Made by a program: the position numbers and the translations under genes
Notes under the pieces: generated by a model
Database searches by the model: none
Told to the model about the DNA's origin: nothing
The model's input: the letters and a program-made list of their open reading frames with translations, nothing else
Shown: positions 9,842 to 20,145 of the stretch, piece by piece
Numbering within the stretch: the stretch's first letter is position 1
Layout: the number at the start of each line of letters is the position of its first letter
Assembly (NCBI GenBank): GCA_017647575.1
Contig: JAGCKJ010000175.1
Location: 3,271-67,270, forward strand
Direction of reading: 5' to 3'
Length of the DNA: 64,000 bases
Origin: Bacteroidaceae bacterium
Lineage (GTDB): Bacteria > Bacteroidota > Bacteroidia > Bacteroidales > Bacteroidaceae

Positions 9842-10403
9842 TAAAATTGAACTGGAAGTAGGGGAAATATTGAATAGAGTACCATCAGACCTTAATCTGG
9901 TTGTGATGCTACATGAAAAGGGTGGAGACCGTTCTTTGCCACTTCTTGTGGGTTTGCTTGAAGCACAGTCTATAGCAATCAATATACTTAAAATGAAGAT
10001 GCCCCGTCCAAATATATATGATCTTTATGTAAAGACATTGGAACAGATGGATGCCTTTCTGGAAGAGGTGTTTATATATAAACTGGAGAATGGTGTTTTT
10101 CATTCATACATATATATAAATAAGGATGGAAACAGCCAATATATAGACTCACGTACTTCTGATGCAGTTGCACTTGCAGTAAGAACCGGAGTGCCAATAT
10201 ATATAGACAGCAATCTGTTTGATGGGCATTGTGCTCATAAGGAGGGTAACGGTGCATTTTCTATGCCTATAACAGTGGCAAGTATTGATGTTCTGCAAGA
10301 GGCAATGGAGCAGGCTGTTGAGAGTGAAAATTATGAACTAGCCGCCAAATTACGAGATGAAATAAACAGACGTAATGGCACCGGTTTTGAAAATAATATC
10401 TAA
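9834..10403 (+). CDS. Bifunctional nuclease family protein (DUF151) with C-terminal UVR motif
   Basis: 189 aa. The C-terminal ENYELAAKLRDEI is a UvrB/C-type motif. The start overlaps the nupG stop (ATGGATAA). Confidence 0.7.
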   Translation: MDNKIELEVGEILNRVPSDLNLVVMLHEKGGDRSLPLLVGLLEAQSIAINILKMKMPRPNIYDLYVKTLEQMDAFLEEVFIYKLENGVFHSYIYINKDGNSQYIDSRTSDAVALAVRTGVPIYIDSNLFDGHCAHKEGNGAFSMPITVASIDVLQEAMEQAVESENYELAAKLRDEINRRNGTGFENNI

Positions 10404-10408
10404 AAATT

Positions 10409-11113
10409 ATGTGGTTATTCTATTCGCCCGAAATATCTGAAGATATGGAGCTGCCTCAGGATGAGGCGCAGCATTGTATCAGAGTACTACGACTCAAGGA
10501 GAACGATATGGTTCGTTTGACCGATGGAAAGGGATTTTTTTATGATGCGGTCATAACAGCAGTAACAGGCAAGAGATGTATGCTACATATAGAGAGAACG
10601 TTTGAACAGCAGCCGTTGTGGAATGGATATATACATCTGGCTGTAGCTCCTGCCAAACTGATGGATAGAAATGAATGGTTTGTAGAGAAGGCTGTTGAGA
10701 TAGGTGTTGATGAGATATCGTTTATTAAAACTGCACATTCCGAACGTGATGTAATCAAACTGGAAAGAATAGAAAAGATTGCAGTCTCTGCAATGAAACA
10801 ATCAAAGAAGGCCGTTCTGCCTAAGATAAATCAAATGGTTAAGTTCTCTGATTTTATATCTTTGCATAGTGATGGCGATTGTTATATTGCGCACTGTGAA
10901 GAGGATAGGAAACTAGCGCTTAAGGATTGTGTGGTGAGTGGCAATAAGAGCCTTGTGCTAATAGGGCCGGAAGGCGATTTTTCTCCTTCTGAAGTAGAAA
11001 TTGCGGTTAATGCAGGTTATAAAGGGGTGTCGCTAGGGCCGTCTGTGCTCAGGACAGAAACAGCCGCACTTGCTGCTGTGCATATAATGAATTTGGTAAA
11101 TCAGAAAGATTAA
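10409..11113 (+). CDS. rsmE: 16S rRNA (uracil1498-N3)-methyltransferase
   Basis: 234 aa. The N-terminus has HCIRVLRLKENDMV and the C-terminal SPOUT motif is LIGPEGDFSPSEV. Confidence 0.88.
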   Translation: MWLFYSPEISEDMELPQDEAQHCIRVLRLKENDMVRLTDGKGFFYDAVITAVTGKRCMLHIERTFEQQPLWNGYIHLAVAPAKLMDRNEWFVEKAVEIGVDEISFIKTAHSERDVIKLERIEKIAVSAMKQSKKAVLPKINQMVKFSDFISLHSDGDCYIAHCEEDRKLALKDCVVSGNKSLVLIGPEGDFSPSEVEIAVNAGYKGVSLGPSVLRTETAALAAVHIMNLVNQKD

Positions 11114-11868
11114 TGAGGTATTTCATCTATTTGTCATTCAACGGGACAGCGTACAGTGGCTGGCAGATTCAACCGGATGCTCCGTCTGTGCAACAGACGT
11201 TGCAAGAAGCTCTGTTTACTTTTTTGCGTACTAAAATTGATGTGACGGGCGCAGGACGTACTGATGCCGGTGTTCATGCAGCAGAAATGGTCGCTCATTT
11301 TGATCTTTCCGAACCAAAGGATTGTGGCTGGATGAAAAACAAACTGAATGGAATATTGCCTACTGATATTGCGGTAAAAAAGATTGTACCGGTAATAGAG
11401 ACTGCCCATGCTCGTTTTGATGCAAAATCCAGAACGTATAAGTATTATCTTAATATGGAAAAATCTCCATTCGATAGAGACTTCTCACTTAGGCAGATAT
11501 TACCGCTGGATTTTGATTTGATGAATGAGGTGGCTAAACAACTGCTTGATGTTGCGGATTTTACCAGTTTTAGTAAATTGCATACTGATACTAAAACAAA
11601 TAATTGCAAAGTAAGTCAGGCATATTGGGAGCAAATATCGGAAGGTAAGTGGGTATTTACTATTACTGCTGACAGATTCTTAAGGAATATGGTTCGTGCA
11701 ATTGTTGGAACACTGCTTATGGTGGGTCGTCATCAGATCTCTTCCTCTGAATTTGCAGAGATAGTAGCAAGTAAGGATAGATGTAAAGCTGGCGATTCTG
11801 CTGCAGCACGCGGACTGTTTCTTGAAAAGGTTGAATATCCCGATCATCTGTTTTTGGAGGGTATATAA
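11113..11868 (+). CDS. truA: tRNA pseudouridine(38-40) synthase
   Basis: 251 aa. MRYFIYLSFNGTAYSGWQIQP and GAGRTDAGVHA (catalytic Asp) are both present. Confidence 0.95.
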   Translation: MRYFIYLSFNGTAYSGWQIQPDAPSVQQTLQEALFTFLRTKIDVTGAGRTDAGVHAAEMVAHFDLSEPKDCGWMKNKLNGILPTDIAVKKIVPVIETAHARFDAKSRTYKYYLNMEKSPFDRDFSLRQILPLDFDLMNEVAKQLLDVADFTSFSKLHTDTKTNNCKVSQAYWEQISEGKWVFTITADRFLRNMVRAIVGTLLMVGRHQISSSEFAEIVASKDRCKAGDSAAARGLFLEKVEYPDHLFLEGI

Positions 11869-11880
11869 TATATATAAGGT

Positions 11881-12516
11881 ATGAAAAGATTGCTATTTAC
11901 TGTTTGGTTGGTTATAACTGCTCAACTGGCATATTCTGCTGATATTAAAACTCTGTTTGTGGAGATGCCTGATTCAATAATGCCACTGCTTACAAAGAGC
12001 AATAAACTGGACTTTCTTGATTATGCTGATATGAATATGCAGGCTAATGCCACAAATAAATTGGGTGGTGTAAGCAATATGGCTGATATCAAGGATGATT
12101 ATCTCTCTCTTCAGATGACGTCGTCATCAAAAGTTGATATGAAACTGTATTACGGCAAGGATTCCTTGTTGACGATAGCTATCGTTGAGACTGTGTGTGG
12201 TGGTTATTGTGATTCAAAAATTACCTTCTATAATGAACAGTGGGAGCAATTGGCTATAGAAGATATCATCGAATTGCCCGGTATAGATGATTATCTGAAT
12301 AGAAAAGCAATGAGACAAACGGAAAATAGGGATGCTGTTGGCAATATGATATACAGAATGTTTGAAATTGATATGCTTTCTGAACCGGAGATGTTGAAGG
12401 TCAAGCTTACTTCAAAAGATGCAATAACTGATGATGAATTACGTAATACTATAATTGAAAGGGAGGTAATATCTTTTAGATGGAATGGTAAAAGGTTTGT
12501 TCGTTTAAAACAGTAA
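11881..12516 (+). CDS. Hypothetical secreted protein (possibly DUF3256 family)
   Basis: 211 aa with the signal peptide MKRLLFTVWLVITAQLAYSA. I recognise no catalytic motif. The family guess is from memory only. Confidence 0.55.
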   Translation: MKRLLFTVWLVITAQLAYSADIKTLFVEMPDSIMPLLTKSNKLDFLDYADMNMQANATNKLGGVSNMADIKDDYLSLQMTSSSKVDMKLYYGKDSLLTIAIVETVCGGYCDSKITFYNEQWEQLAIEDIIELPGIDDYLNRKAMRQTENRDAVGNMIYRMFEIDMLSEPEMLKVKLTSKDAITDDELRNTIIEREVISFRWNGKRFVRLKQ

Positions 12517-12530
12517 TATTTATGTTATAC

Positions 12531-12570
12531 AAAAAAAAGGACCAGATTTTATAAATCCGGTCCTTTCTTT
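12531..12570. terminator. Bidirectional rho-independent terminator between convergent genes
   Basis: GGACCAGATTT (12539-12549) pairs with AAATCCGGTCC (12553-12563) with one mismatch. It is flanked by A8 upstream and TTTCTTT downstream. Confidence 0.65.
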
Positions 12571-12584
12571 GTTATTGTCGTTGT

Positions 12585-12839
12585 TTATTTGCCACGGCTC
12601 TTTGCGTAACGGCTCATGAACTTGTCCACGCGACCTGCTGTATCCACAAGCTTTGACTTACCTGTGAAGAATGGGTGTGAACTGCTTGAAATTTCAAGCT
12701 TGATCAGAGGATAAGTCTGACCTTCGAACTCGATTGTCTCCTTTGTTGCACATGTTGAACGTGACAGGAAGCAATCGCCATTTGACATGTCCTTGAATAC
12801 TACAGGACGATAGTTTTCTGGGTGAATACCTTGTTTCAT
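12585..12839 (-). CDS. rpmE2: 50S ribosomal protein L31, type B (no CxxC zinc motif)
   Basis: 84 aa. The sequence is [15 protein letters not shown]...[10 protein letters not shown]. Confidence 0.92.
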   Translation of the reverse strand: MKQGIHPENYRPVVFKDMSNGDCFLSRSTCATKETIEFEGQTYPLIKLEISSSSHPFFTGKSKLVDTAGRVDKFMSRYAKSRGK

Positions 12840-12924
12840 ATCTTTAAGTTTTAATTATACTCCGTCTTACTCTTTATGCCTGTCCGTTCGGATTAGGCAA
12901 TTCTATAACGGGGGTTTCGGACCG

Positions 12925-12932
12925 CAAAATTA
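12925..12932 (-). promoter_or_regulatory. Putative -7 promoter box (TAnnTTTG) for rpmE2
   Basis: TAATTTTG on the minus strand lies 85 nt upstream of the ATG at 12839. Confidence 0.4.
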
Positions 12933-13070
12933 CACTAATTTATTGTAATGGCAAAGTATTTTGCAGGCTTTTTCTTAATAATATTGGGAATTTAGCGCTG
13001 GGGAAATACTGAAAATGAGTATAAAGTCACAAAAAATGGCTATAGAAGAATAGCAGACTGTTATTTTAAC

Positions 13071-13078
13071 TAACTTTG
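13071..13078 (+). promoter_or_regulatory. Putative -7 promoter box (TAnnTTTG) for nhaA
   Basis: TAACTTTG lies 20 nt before the ATG at 13099. Confidence 0.45.
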
Positions 13079-13098
13079 CACTCTAAAATCAATTAAAA

Positions 13099-14481
13099 AT
13101 GGGTAAGAGTCCAAAAAAATATGACAGTCTGGAGGGCCTTTTAAAATATCCTTCCGAGAATTTCTTTAATAGTCAGGCATTTTGTGGATGCCTGTTGCTG
13201 TTTTTTGCTGTTGCAGCAATAATTTGCGCCAATAGTTCAAATCTTCAGTCGTATTATAATAATCTGTTAAATCTGGAGGTTGGTATAAAAGTAGGAAACG
13301 AAGATTTGATATTTCCTCTGCAAACCTGGGTTAACGATGGTCTGATGGCGATATTTTTCCTGACCGTGGGTCTGGAAATCAAACGTGAAATGATAGTAGG
13401 TCAGCTCTCTTCAATCAAGCATGCGGCACTGCCTATTATTGGTGCTTTGGGTGGAATGGTTTTTCCAGCAATTATTTATGCTCTGTTTAATGCCGGTACA
13501 GGTACTGCGAATGGCTGGGGTATTCCAATGGCTACCGATATAGCTTTTGCAATAGGTGTGCTTTCGTTGTTGGGAAAACGTGTACCAACCGGATTGAAGG
13601 TCTTTCTGATGGCTCTGGCAATAGCAGACGACCTAGGTTCAATATTTGTAATAGCATTCTTTTATCCAAGTCATGCAATAGATTTTATGTATCTTTCGTT
13701 AGCCGGTTTGACAACTGTCTTTATGGTTGTAATGAACAGGTTACGTGTCAATAAGTCATTGTATTATATCATCCCTGGCATTATCCTCTGGTTCCTGATG
13801 TTCAAATCGGGCGTACATGCTACAGTGGCAGGAGTTATAATGGCCATTACCATACCGGCCAGAAGCTTTGTAAACGAACTGGAATTCAGTAAGAATATGT
13901 CATTGCTTGTTAACCATTTCAATGATGTGTCAAAAGATAGTACTTCAGTTCTTACCAATTCCGAACAACAGATAGTTATCAATGGTATGGATGAAATGTC
14001 GTCCAAGATGAACCCTATGCTGCACAGATTTGAATTTCATCTGCATTCCATTTCAGATTACTTCATAATGCCGATGTTTGCATTCTTCAATGCAGGTGTT
14101 GTGTTTGATGCTTCTCTGTTCAGTTGGCCATTGCCACCAATAGTACCTGGTATCTTCTTTGGTCTGCTGATTGGTAAACCATTAGGTATTGCTTTATCTT
14201 GCTGGCTGGCAACAAAACTGAAGGTGGCAGCACTACCGGAAGGATGTAACTGGAAACAGTTTATATCGTTGGGATTTATAGCAGGTATTGGCTTTACAAT
14301 GGCAATATTTGTGGATGGATTGGCTTTCCTCCCTTCAGGTTTGCAGGAAGAGCAGATTTCCTATTATGTCAATTTGGGAAAGGCAGTTATACTGTTGACA
14401 TCGGTAACTGCAGCAGTAGTGGGTGCTGTTTCGCTCTATCTTACTACCAGGGACAATGATAATGCAGACGATAAAATGTAA
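13099..14481 (+). CDS. nhaA: Na+/H+ antiporter NhaA
   Basis: 460 aa and polytopic. The conserved ALAIADDLGSIFVIAFFY (Asp pair) and the overall NhaA layout are present. Confidence 0.9.
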   Translation: MGKSPKKYDSLEGLLKYPSENFFNSQAFCGCLLLFFAVAAIICANSSNLQSYYNNLLNLEVGIKVGNEDLIFPLQTWVNDGLMAIFFLTVGLEIKREMIVGQLSSIKHAALPIIGALGGMVFPAIIYALFNAGTGTANGWGIPMATDIAFAIGVLSLLGKRVPTGLKVFLMALAIADDLGSIFVIAFFYPSHAIDFMYLSLAGLTTVFMVVMNRLRVNKSLYYIIPGIILWFLMFKSGVHATVAGVIMAITIPARSFVNELEFSKNMSLLVNHFNDVSKDSTSVLTNSEQQIVINGMDEMSSKMNPMLHRFEFHLHSISDYFIMPMFAFFNAGVVFDASLFSWPLPPIVPGIFFGLLIGKPLGIALSCWLATKLKVAALPEGCNWKQFISLGFIAGIGFTMAIFVDGLAFLPSGLQEEQISYYVNLGKAVILLTSVTAAVVGAVSLYLTTRDNDNADDKM

Positions 14482-14532
14482 ACCGGTTAAAAACTTTCTC
14501 TTTCTACATTTTATAATAAGACTGAAAGTGTG

Positions 14533-14540
14533 TAACTTTG
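14533..14540 (+). promoter_or_regulatory. Putative -7 promoter box (TAnnTTTG) for fba
   Basis: TAACTTTG lies 45 nt before the ATG at 14586. Confidence 0.45.
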
Positions 14541-14585
14541 CAACGGGTTTAAGAAAAACGTTTATAAACAATTAATATTAAACAA

Positions 14586-15587
14586 ATGATTAGCTACAAA
14601 GAGTTGGGTTTGGTGAACACCCGTGAAATGTTCGCAGCTGCTGTTAAGGGCGGATATGCTATTCCTGCTTTTAACTTCAACACAATGGAACAGATGCAGG
14701 CTATCGTACAGGCTGCAGTAGAGACAAAATCTCCTGTTATCATGCAGGTTTCTAAAGGTGCACGTAACTATGCTAATGCTACTATCCTGCGTTATATGGC
14801 TCAGGGCGCTGTAGAATATGCAAAAGAGTTGGGTTGCGCTAATCCTGAAATCGTTCTTCACCTGGATCATGGTGATAGCTTTGAAATCTGTAAGGATTGT
14901 ATCGATATGGGCTTCTCATCAGTTATGATTGATGGTTCACATCTTCCATACGAAGAGAACGTTGCTCTTACAAAGAAAGTTGTAGAATATGCTCATCAGT
15001 TCGACGTAACTGTAGAGGGTGAATTAGGTGTTTTGGCTGGTGTTGAAGACGAAGTTGTTGCAGCTGAGTCACATTACACAAAACCAGAAGAGGTTCAGGA
15101 TTTCGTAAGCAAGACTGGTGTTGATAGCTTGGCTATCTCTATAGGTACATCACACGGTGCTCACAAATTTACTCCAGCACAGTGCACATTGGTAAACGGT
15201 GTATTGGTTCCACCTCCATTGGCATTTGATATCCTTAAGGAGATTGAGGTTAAGATTCCTGGATTCCCAATCGTATTGCACGGTTCATCTTCAGTTCCTC
15301 AGGACGAAGTTGCTACAATCAATAAGTTCGGTGGTGCTCTGGAAGCTGCAATCGGTATTCCAGAAGATCAGCTCAGCCAGGCTTCAAAGAGCGCTGTATG
15401 TAAGATCAATATCGACTCTGACTCTCGTTTGGCTATGACTGCTGCTATCCGTCAGCACTTGGCAGAGAATCCAGGTCACTTTGATCCACGTCAGTACCTG
15501 AAACCAGCTCGTGACAACATGAAGAAGATGTATATCCACAAGATTGTTAACGTTCTTGGTTCAGACAACAAACTTTTGAACAAGTAA
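14586..15587 (+). CDS. fba: Class II fructose-bisphosphate aldolase
   Basis: 333 aa. Motifs seen are AIPAFNFNT, LHLDHG (Zn ligand) and SVMIDGSH. Confidence 0.95.
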   Translation: MISYKELGLVNTREMFAAAVKGGYAIPAFNFNTMEQMQAIVQAAVETKSPVIMQVSKGARNYANATILRYMAQGAVEYAKELGCANPEIVLHLDHGDSFEICKDCIDMGFSSVMIDGSHLPYEENVALTKKVVEYAHQFDVTVEGELGVLAGVEDEVVAAESHYTKPEEVQDFVSKTGVDSLAISIGTSHGAHKFTPAQCTLVNGVLVPPPLAFDILKEIEVKIPGFPIVLHGSSSVPQDEVATINKFGGALEAAIGIPEDQLSQASKSAVCKINIDSDSRLAMTAAIRQHLAENPGHFDPRQYLKPARDNMKKMYIHKIVNVLGSDNKLLNK

Positions 15588-15608
15588 TCTGAAAATAGAT
15601 TGTTAAGG

Positions 15609-15640
15609 TGGGCGTATCGGTAAGGTACGCCCATTTTTAT
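15609..15640 (+). terminator. Rho-independent terminator after fba
   Basis: TGGGCGTA (15609-15616) pairs with TACGCCCA (15626-15633) and is followed by TTTTTATTTT. Confidence 0.7.
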
Positions 15641-15714
15641 TTTGGAGCAGGGAAACTCTTGGCTATAACAGTAAGATTGATTGAATCTTATTGTGCATAT
15701 TTGATAATTATTTG

Positions 15715-15722
15715 TAGCTTTG
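15715..15722 (+). promoter_or_regulatory. Putative -7 promoter box (TAnnTTTG) for the GH31 gene
   Basis: TAGCTTTG lies 27 nt before the ATG at 15750. It overlaps the TTG at 15720 used by the ORF track. Confidence 0.45.
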
Positions 15723-15749
15723 TGTTCTTCCGGTAAATTGTTGACAAAT

Positions 15750-18584
15750 ATGAAAAGATTTTTATTGCTTGGTTTTTTTGCCTTGTTATGTTTGACGGCT
15801 TGTAGAAATAATGGCTATGAGGTTATTGAAGATGGTGTGATAGTCAAGGTTCAGAATAGTAAGAGAAATAGTACTGCCAAAGTTCGATTGAAAGTAATGT
15901 CTGAAGATATAGTAAGGGTTTCTGCAACCCCCAGCAGGAAATTCCATGATAGAAACAGCTTGATTATATTGCCGGATGCACAAAAGAGAACTGATTTTGA
16001 TGTTATAGACTTAGATTCTGCTGTAGAATTAAGAAATTCCGGTTTGATTGTTTCAGTGAACAAGAGCGATGGAAAGGTTCTGTTTAAGAATATATATGGT
16101 GAACTTTTAACATCAGAAGTGGAAACGGCAGAATTTACGCCAATAAAGGTGAAAGATGCCAATGGAGTATCAAAAGGTTTTTCAACAATCAACAGATTTA
16201 CTACAGAACGTCCGGAAGGAGTGTTTGGATTGGGGCAGCATCAGTCGGATCAATGGAATTATAAAGGAGAAAATGAAGAACTATATCAATATAATACCAA
16301 AATCAGTATTCCTTTTGTAATATCTTCCAGAAATTATGGTATTCTGTGGGATTCTTATTCATTGGTACGTTTTGGTAATCCTGAAACATATTCTCAATTG
16401 CATAAGGTTTTTAAACTATATGACAGAGAGGGTAAGGAGGGAAGTCTGACAGGTATATATTCGTCAAGATGGGGAGAACCATTGGTCCGTGCAGAAGATT
16501 CGTTGTATTACGGAGATGCGGATGCAATAAAAAATCTGCCTGATTTAGGTACAGCAGTTCTCTATGAGGGAGCGATAGAACCTTTAGAAGATGGAGAATA
16601 TAGATTCCTGTTGTATTATGCGGGCTATGTTAAGGTGTATATAGGTGGCGAAGAGGTTGTGGCAGAACGTTGGCGTACGGCATGGAATCCTAATTCATAC
16701 AAGTTCTCTGTGAATATGGAGAAAGGGAAAAAATATGATCTGCGTGTTGAATGGAAACCGGACGGAGGTACGTCATATATCGGGTTGCGAGCTTATGCTC
16801 CGGTTGCTGATGAAATAATGGATAATATTACGATGTGGAATGAAATGGTTCCTCAGTCAGATTATTACTTTATAAGGTCAAACAACATGGATGGTGTGAT
16901 AGGTGGTTTGCGACAGCTGGTCGGTAAGGCAAATATCATGCCTAAATGGGCACTTGGATTTTGGCAGAGCAGGGAACATTACAAGAATCAGGACGAAGTG
17001 ATATCTACCCTGAAGAGTTTCAGGGATAAGGGTATCGGTGTGGATAATATAGTACAGGACTGGAACTATTGGGAGCAGGATAGTTGGGGCGCTCATGATT
17101 TTGATTTAACACGTTATCCTGATCCTCAGGCAATGGTGGATGCTGTTCATGATATGAATGCTCAGATTATGATATCTGTATGGCCTAAATTCTATCATAC
17201 GACTGAACATTATAAGGAGTTTGATGAAAACGGGTGGATGTTTACCCGTGCAGTAGAGGATAGTATCCGTGACTGGATAGGTCCTGGATATATAGGTTCT
17301 TTCTATGATGCATATTCAGATGGAGCAAGAAAGCTCTTCTGGAGTCAACTAAAGGAGCATCTTTACAAGTATGGTATAGATGCGTGGTGGATGGATGCCA
17401 GTGAACCAAATCTCAGGGACTGTGTACCACTTTATTATCAGAAACTATTGTGCGGACCTACCGCGTTGGGTTCATCTACTGAATATTTAAATGGTTATGC
17501 ATTGATGAATGCAAAAGCTATTTATGAAGGACTCAGGGAAGAAGAACCAAATAAGCGAGTATTTCAGCTTACTCGTTCAGGTTTTGCAGGTTTGCAACGA
17601 TATTCTACTGCGTCTTGGAGTGGTGATATAGGTACTCGTTGGGAAGATATGCGTTCACAGATAGTTGCAGGTTTGAATTTTTCGTTGTGTGGTGATCCGT
17701 ACTGGACTATGGATATAGGTGGCTTCTGCGTAGAAAACAGATATGCAAATGCTCAGCGTATGTATGACAGGACCGGTGTTGAAAATGAAGATTTAAAGGA
17801 GTGGCGAGAGTTACAGACACGTTGGTATCAGTTTGGAACATTTACGCCAATATACCGGGCTCATGGTCAGTTCCCATTACGTGAAGTATGGAATATTGCA
17901 CCAGAAGATCATCCGGCCTATAAATCGATAGTCTATTACAATAAACTGAGGTATAAACTGATGCCCTATATCTATTCGCTGGCGGGTAGCGCCTATCATG
18001 ATGATTACACAATGATGCGCGGACTGGTTATGGATTATGCTTACGATATTAAAGCTATGGATGTTTCAGATCAATTTATGCTTGGACCATCCATTATGGT
18101 GTGTCCTGTATATGAATATGGAGCGCGTTCCAGAGAGGTCTATTTGCCACGGGGAAGAAGTTGGTATAACTTCAATAACGAAACGGAAGTTATTGAAGGT
18201 GGAAAAGTTATAGTGGCTGATGCTCCGTATGAGCGTGTTCCAATGTTTATCCCTGCAGGTTCTATTATAACCTATGGACCTGAAATTGAATATGTTGATG
18301 AGATTCCTGCAGCAGAGATTACACTAAAAGTATATAGCGGTAATGACGCTTCTTTTAATCTCTACGAAGATGACGGCGTGTCATACGATTATGAGAATGG
18401 AAACTATAGCATAATACCAATAGTATATGACGAAGTCAATCATACCATGATGATTAAGGACAGGGTGGGAGAATATGATGGAATGATTGAAAATAGAACA
18501 TTTAATGTTGTGTTTAACGATAAAGGAAAAATAAAAACCAAACATGTAGAGTATAGAGGAGACGAAATTTTACTGCAATTTTAA
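15750..18584 (+). CDS. Glycoside hydrolase family 31 with inserted PA14-like domain, a likely alpha-xylosidase (lipoprotein)
   Basis: This is the ORF-track frame, restarted at MKRFLLLGFFALLCLTAC (lipobox). The GH31 core contains WWMDASEPN. A PA14-like insert spans about GSLTGIYSS...YDLRVEWKPDGGTSYIGLR. The gene is adjacent to xylA. Confidence 0.8.
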   Translation: MKRFLLLGFFALLCLTACRNNGYEVIEDGVIVKVQNSKRNSTAKVRLKVMSEDIVRVSATPSRKFHDRNSLIILPDAQKRTDFDVIDLDSAVELRNSGLIVSVNKSDGKVLFKNIYGELLTSEVETAEFTPIKVKDANGVSKGFSTINRFTTERPEGVFGLGQHQSDQWNYKGENEELYQYNTKISIPFVISSRNYGILWDSYSLVRFGNPETYSQLHKVFKLYDREGKEGSLTGIYSSRWGEPLVRAEDSLYYGDADAIKNLPDLGTAVLYEGAIEPLEDGEYRFLLYYAGYVKVYIGGEEVVAERWRTAWNPNSYKFSVNMEKGKKYDLRVEWKPDGGTSYIGLRAYAPVADEIMDNITMWNEMVPQSDYYFIRSNNMDGVIGGLRQLVGKANIMPKWALGFWQSREHYKNQDEVISTLKSFRDKGIGVDNIVQDWNYWEQDSWGAHDFDLTRYPDPQAMVDAVHDMNAQIMISVWPKFYHTTEHYKEFDENGWMFTRAVEDSIRDWIGPGYIGSFYDAYSDGARKLFWSQLKEHLYKYGIDAWWMDASEPNLRDCVPLYYQKLLCGPTALGSSTEYLNGYALMNAKAIYEGLREEEPNKRVFQLTRSGFAGLQRYSTASWSGDIGTRWEDMRSQIVAGLNFSLCGDPYWTMDIGGFCVENRYANAQRMYDRTGVENEDLKEWRELQTRWYQFGTFTPIYRAHGQFPLREVWNIAPEDHPAYKSIVYYNKLRYKLMPYIYSLAGSAYHDDYTMMRGLVMDYAYDIKAMDVSDQFMLGPSIMVCPVYEYGARSREVYLPRGRSWYNFNNETEVIEGGKVIVADAPYERVPMFIPAGSIITYGPEIEYVDEIPAAEITLKVYSGNDASFNLYEDDGVSYDYENGNYSIIPIVYDEVNHTMMIKDRVGEYDGMIENRTFNVVFNDKGKIKTKHVEYRGDEILLQF

Positions 18585-18668
18585 TGATGAATGTTAAATG
18601 AGTACAAAATAAATACATTCTGTTATTGATATTTAAGAATTTTATTTGAGATTTTTTCGAAATTAATG

Positions 18669-18676
18669 TATATTTG
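18669..18676 (+). promoter_or_regulatory. Putative -7 promoter box (TAnnTTTG) for xylA
   Basis: TATATTTG lies 60 nt before the ATG at 18737. Confidence 0.4.
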
Positions 18677-18736
18677 CATAGTTACTTCGGAGAAGAGTAT
18701 ATAAATATTGTTTAATAAATTAATAATAAGCAAATT

Positions 18737-20050
18737 ATGGCTAAAGAGTATTTTCCTGGAATAGGTAAAATCCAGTTCGAAGGTAAGGAGAGCATGAATC
18801 CAATGGCTTTCCGTTACTACGATGAGAACAAAGTTGTCATGGGTAAAACAATGAAAGACTGGTTGCGTTTCGCAATGGCATGGTGGCACACATTGTGTGC
18901 AGAAGGTGCTGACCAGTTCGGTGGTGGTACAAAGTCTTTCCCATGGAACAGCGGTGCTGATGCAGTTGAGATTGCAAAGCAGAAGGTTGATGCAGGTTTC
19001 GAAATCATGCAGAAACTTGGTATTCCTTACTACTGCTTCCACGATGTTGACCTGGTGTCAGAAGGTAGTGGTGTAGCTGAATACGAAGCAAACCTGAAGG
19101 CAGTTGTTGCTTATCTTAAGGAGAAGCAGGCTGAAACAGGTATCAAACTGTTGTGGTCAACAGCTAACGTATTTGGTAATGCACGTTATATGAACGGTGC
19201 TTCAACAAACCCTGATTTCGATGTAGTAGCTCGCGCTATCGTTCAGATTAAGAACGCTATCGATGCTGGTATCGAACTTGGTGCTGAAAACTATGTATTC
19301 TGGGGTGGTCGTGAAGGTTACATGAGCCTTTTGAACACAGATCAGAAGAGAGAAAAAGAGCACATGGCAACTATGTTGACAATGGCTCGTGACTACGCTC
19401 GCGCTAAGGGCTTCAAGTGTACATTCCTGATTGAACCAAAACCAATGGAACCTTCAAAGCATCAGTATGATGTTGATACAGAAACTGTTATCGGTTTCTT
19501 GAAGGCTCACAACCTTGATAAGGACTTCAAGATTAACATTGAGGTTAACCACGCTACATTGGCAGGTCACACATTCGAACACGAATTGGCATGCGCTGTT
19601 GACGCTGGTATGCTTGGTTCTATCGACGCTAACCGTGGTGACTACCAGAATGGTTGGGATACAGACCAGTTCCCAATTGACCAGTACGAATTGGTACAGG
19701 CATGGATGGAAATCATCCGTGGTGGTGGCTTAGGCACAGGTGGTACAAACTTCGATGCTAAGACACGTCGTAACTCAACAGATCTTGAAGATATCTTCAT
19801 CGCTCACATTGCTGGTATGGATGCAATGGCTCGCGCTCTTGAATCAGCTGCTAAGTTGCTGGAAGAGTCTCCATATAAGGCTATGAAGGCTGCTCGTTAC
19901 GCTTCATTTGACAGCGGTTTGGGTAAGAAGTTCGAAGATGGTCAGATGACTCTTGAAGAGGCTTATGAATATGGCAAGCAGGTTGACGAACCAAAACAGA
20001 CTAGCGGTAAGCAGGAATTGTACGAAGCAATCCTTGCAATGTACGCTTAA
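18737..20050 (+). CDS. xylA: Xylose isomerase
   Basis: 437 aa. [24 protein letters not shown] and [10 protein letters not shown] are class II XylA signatures. Confidence 0.97.
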   Translation: MAKEYFPGIGKIQFEGKESMNPMAFRYYDENKVVMGKTMKDWLRFAMAWWHTLCAEGADQFGGGTKSFPWNSGADAVEIAKQKVDAGFEIMQKLGIPYYCFHDVDLVSEGSGVAEYEANLKAVVAYLKEKQAETGIKLLWSTANVFGNARYMNGASTNPDFDVVARAIVQIKNAIDAGIELGAENYVFWGGREGYMSLLNTDQKREKEHMATMLTMARDYARAKGFKCTFLIEPKPMEPSKHQYDVDTETVIGFLKAHNLDKDFKINIEVNHATLAGHTFEHELACAVDAGMLGSIDANRGDYQNGWDTDQFPIDQYELVQAWMEIIRGGGLGTGGTNFDAKTRRNSTDLEDIFIAHIAGMDAMARALESAAKLLEESPYKAMKAARYASFDSGLGKKFEDGQMTLEEAYEYGKQVDEPKQTSGKQELYEAILAMYA

Positions 20051-20063
20051 TTGTTTTAAGCTA

Positions 20064-20102
20064 TAAAAAATACAGGGCTCGAGAAATCGAGCCCTTATTT
20101 TG
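20064..20102. terminator. Bidirectional rho-independent terminator between xylA and dedA
   Basis: AGGGCTCGA (20074-20082) pairs with TCGAGCCCT (20087-20095). An A-run lies upstream and TATTTT downstream. Confidence 0.7.
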
Positions 20103-20145
20103 TGATATACCACTCTGACCGGATAATGGTTATGAGTGATATTTG

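Noticed and set aside
12948-12995. Tiny hydrophobic ORF (MAKYFAGFFLIILGI) in the rpmE2-nhaA spacer
   Set aside because: At 15 aa with no supporting promoter or conservation evidence available, it is indistinguishable from chance in AT-rich DNA.
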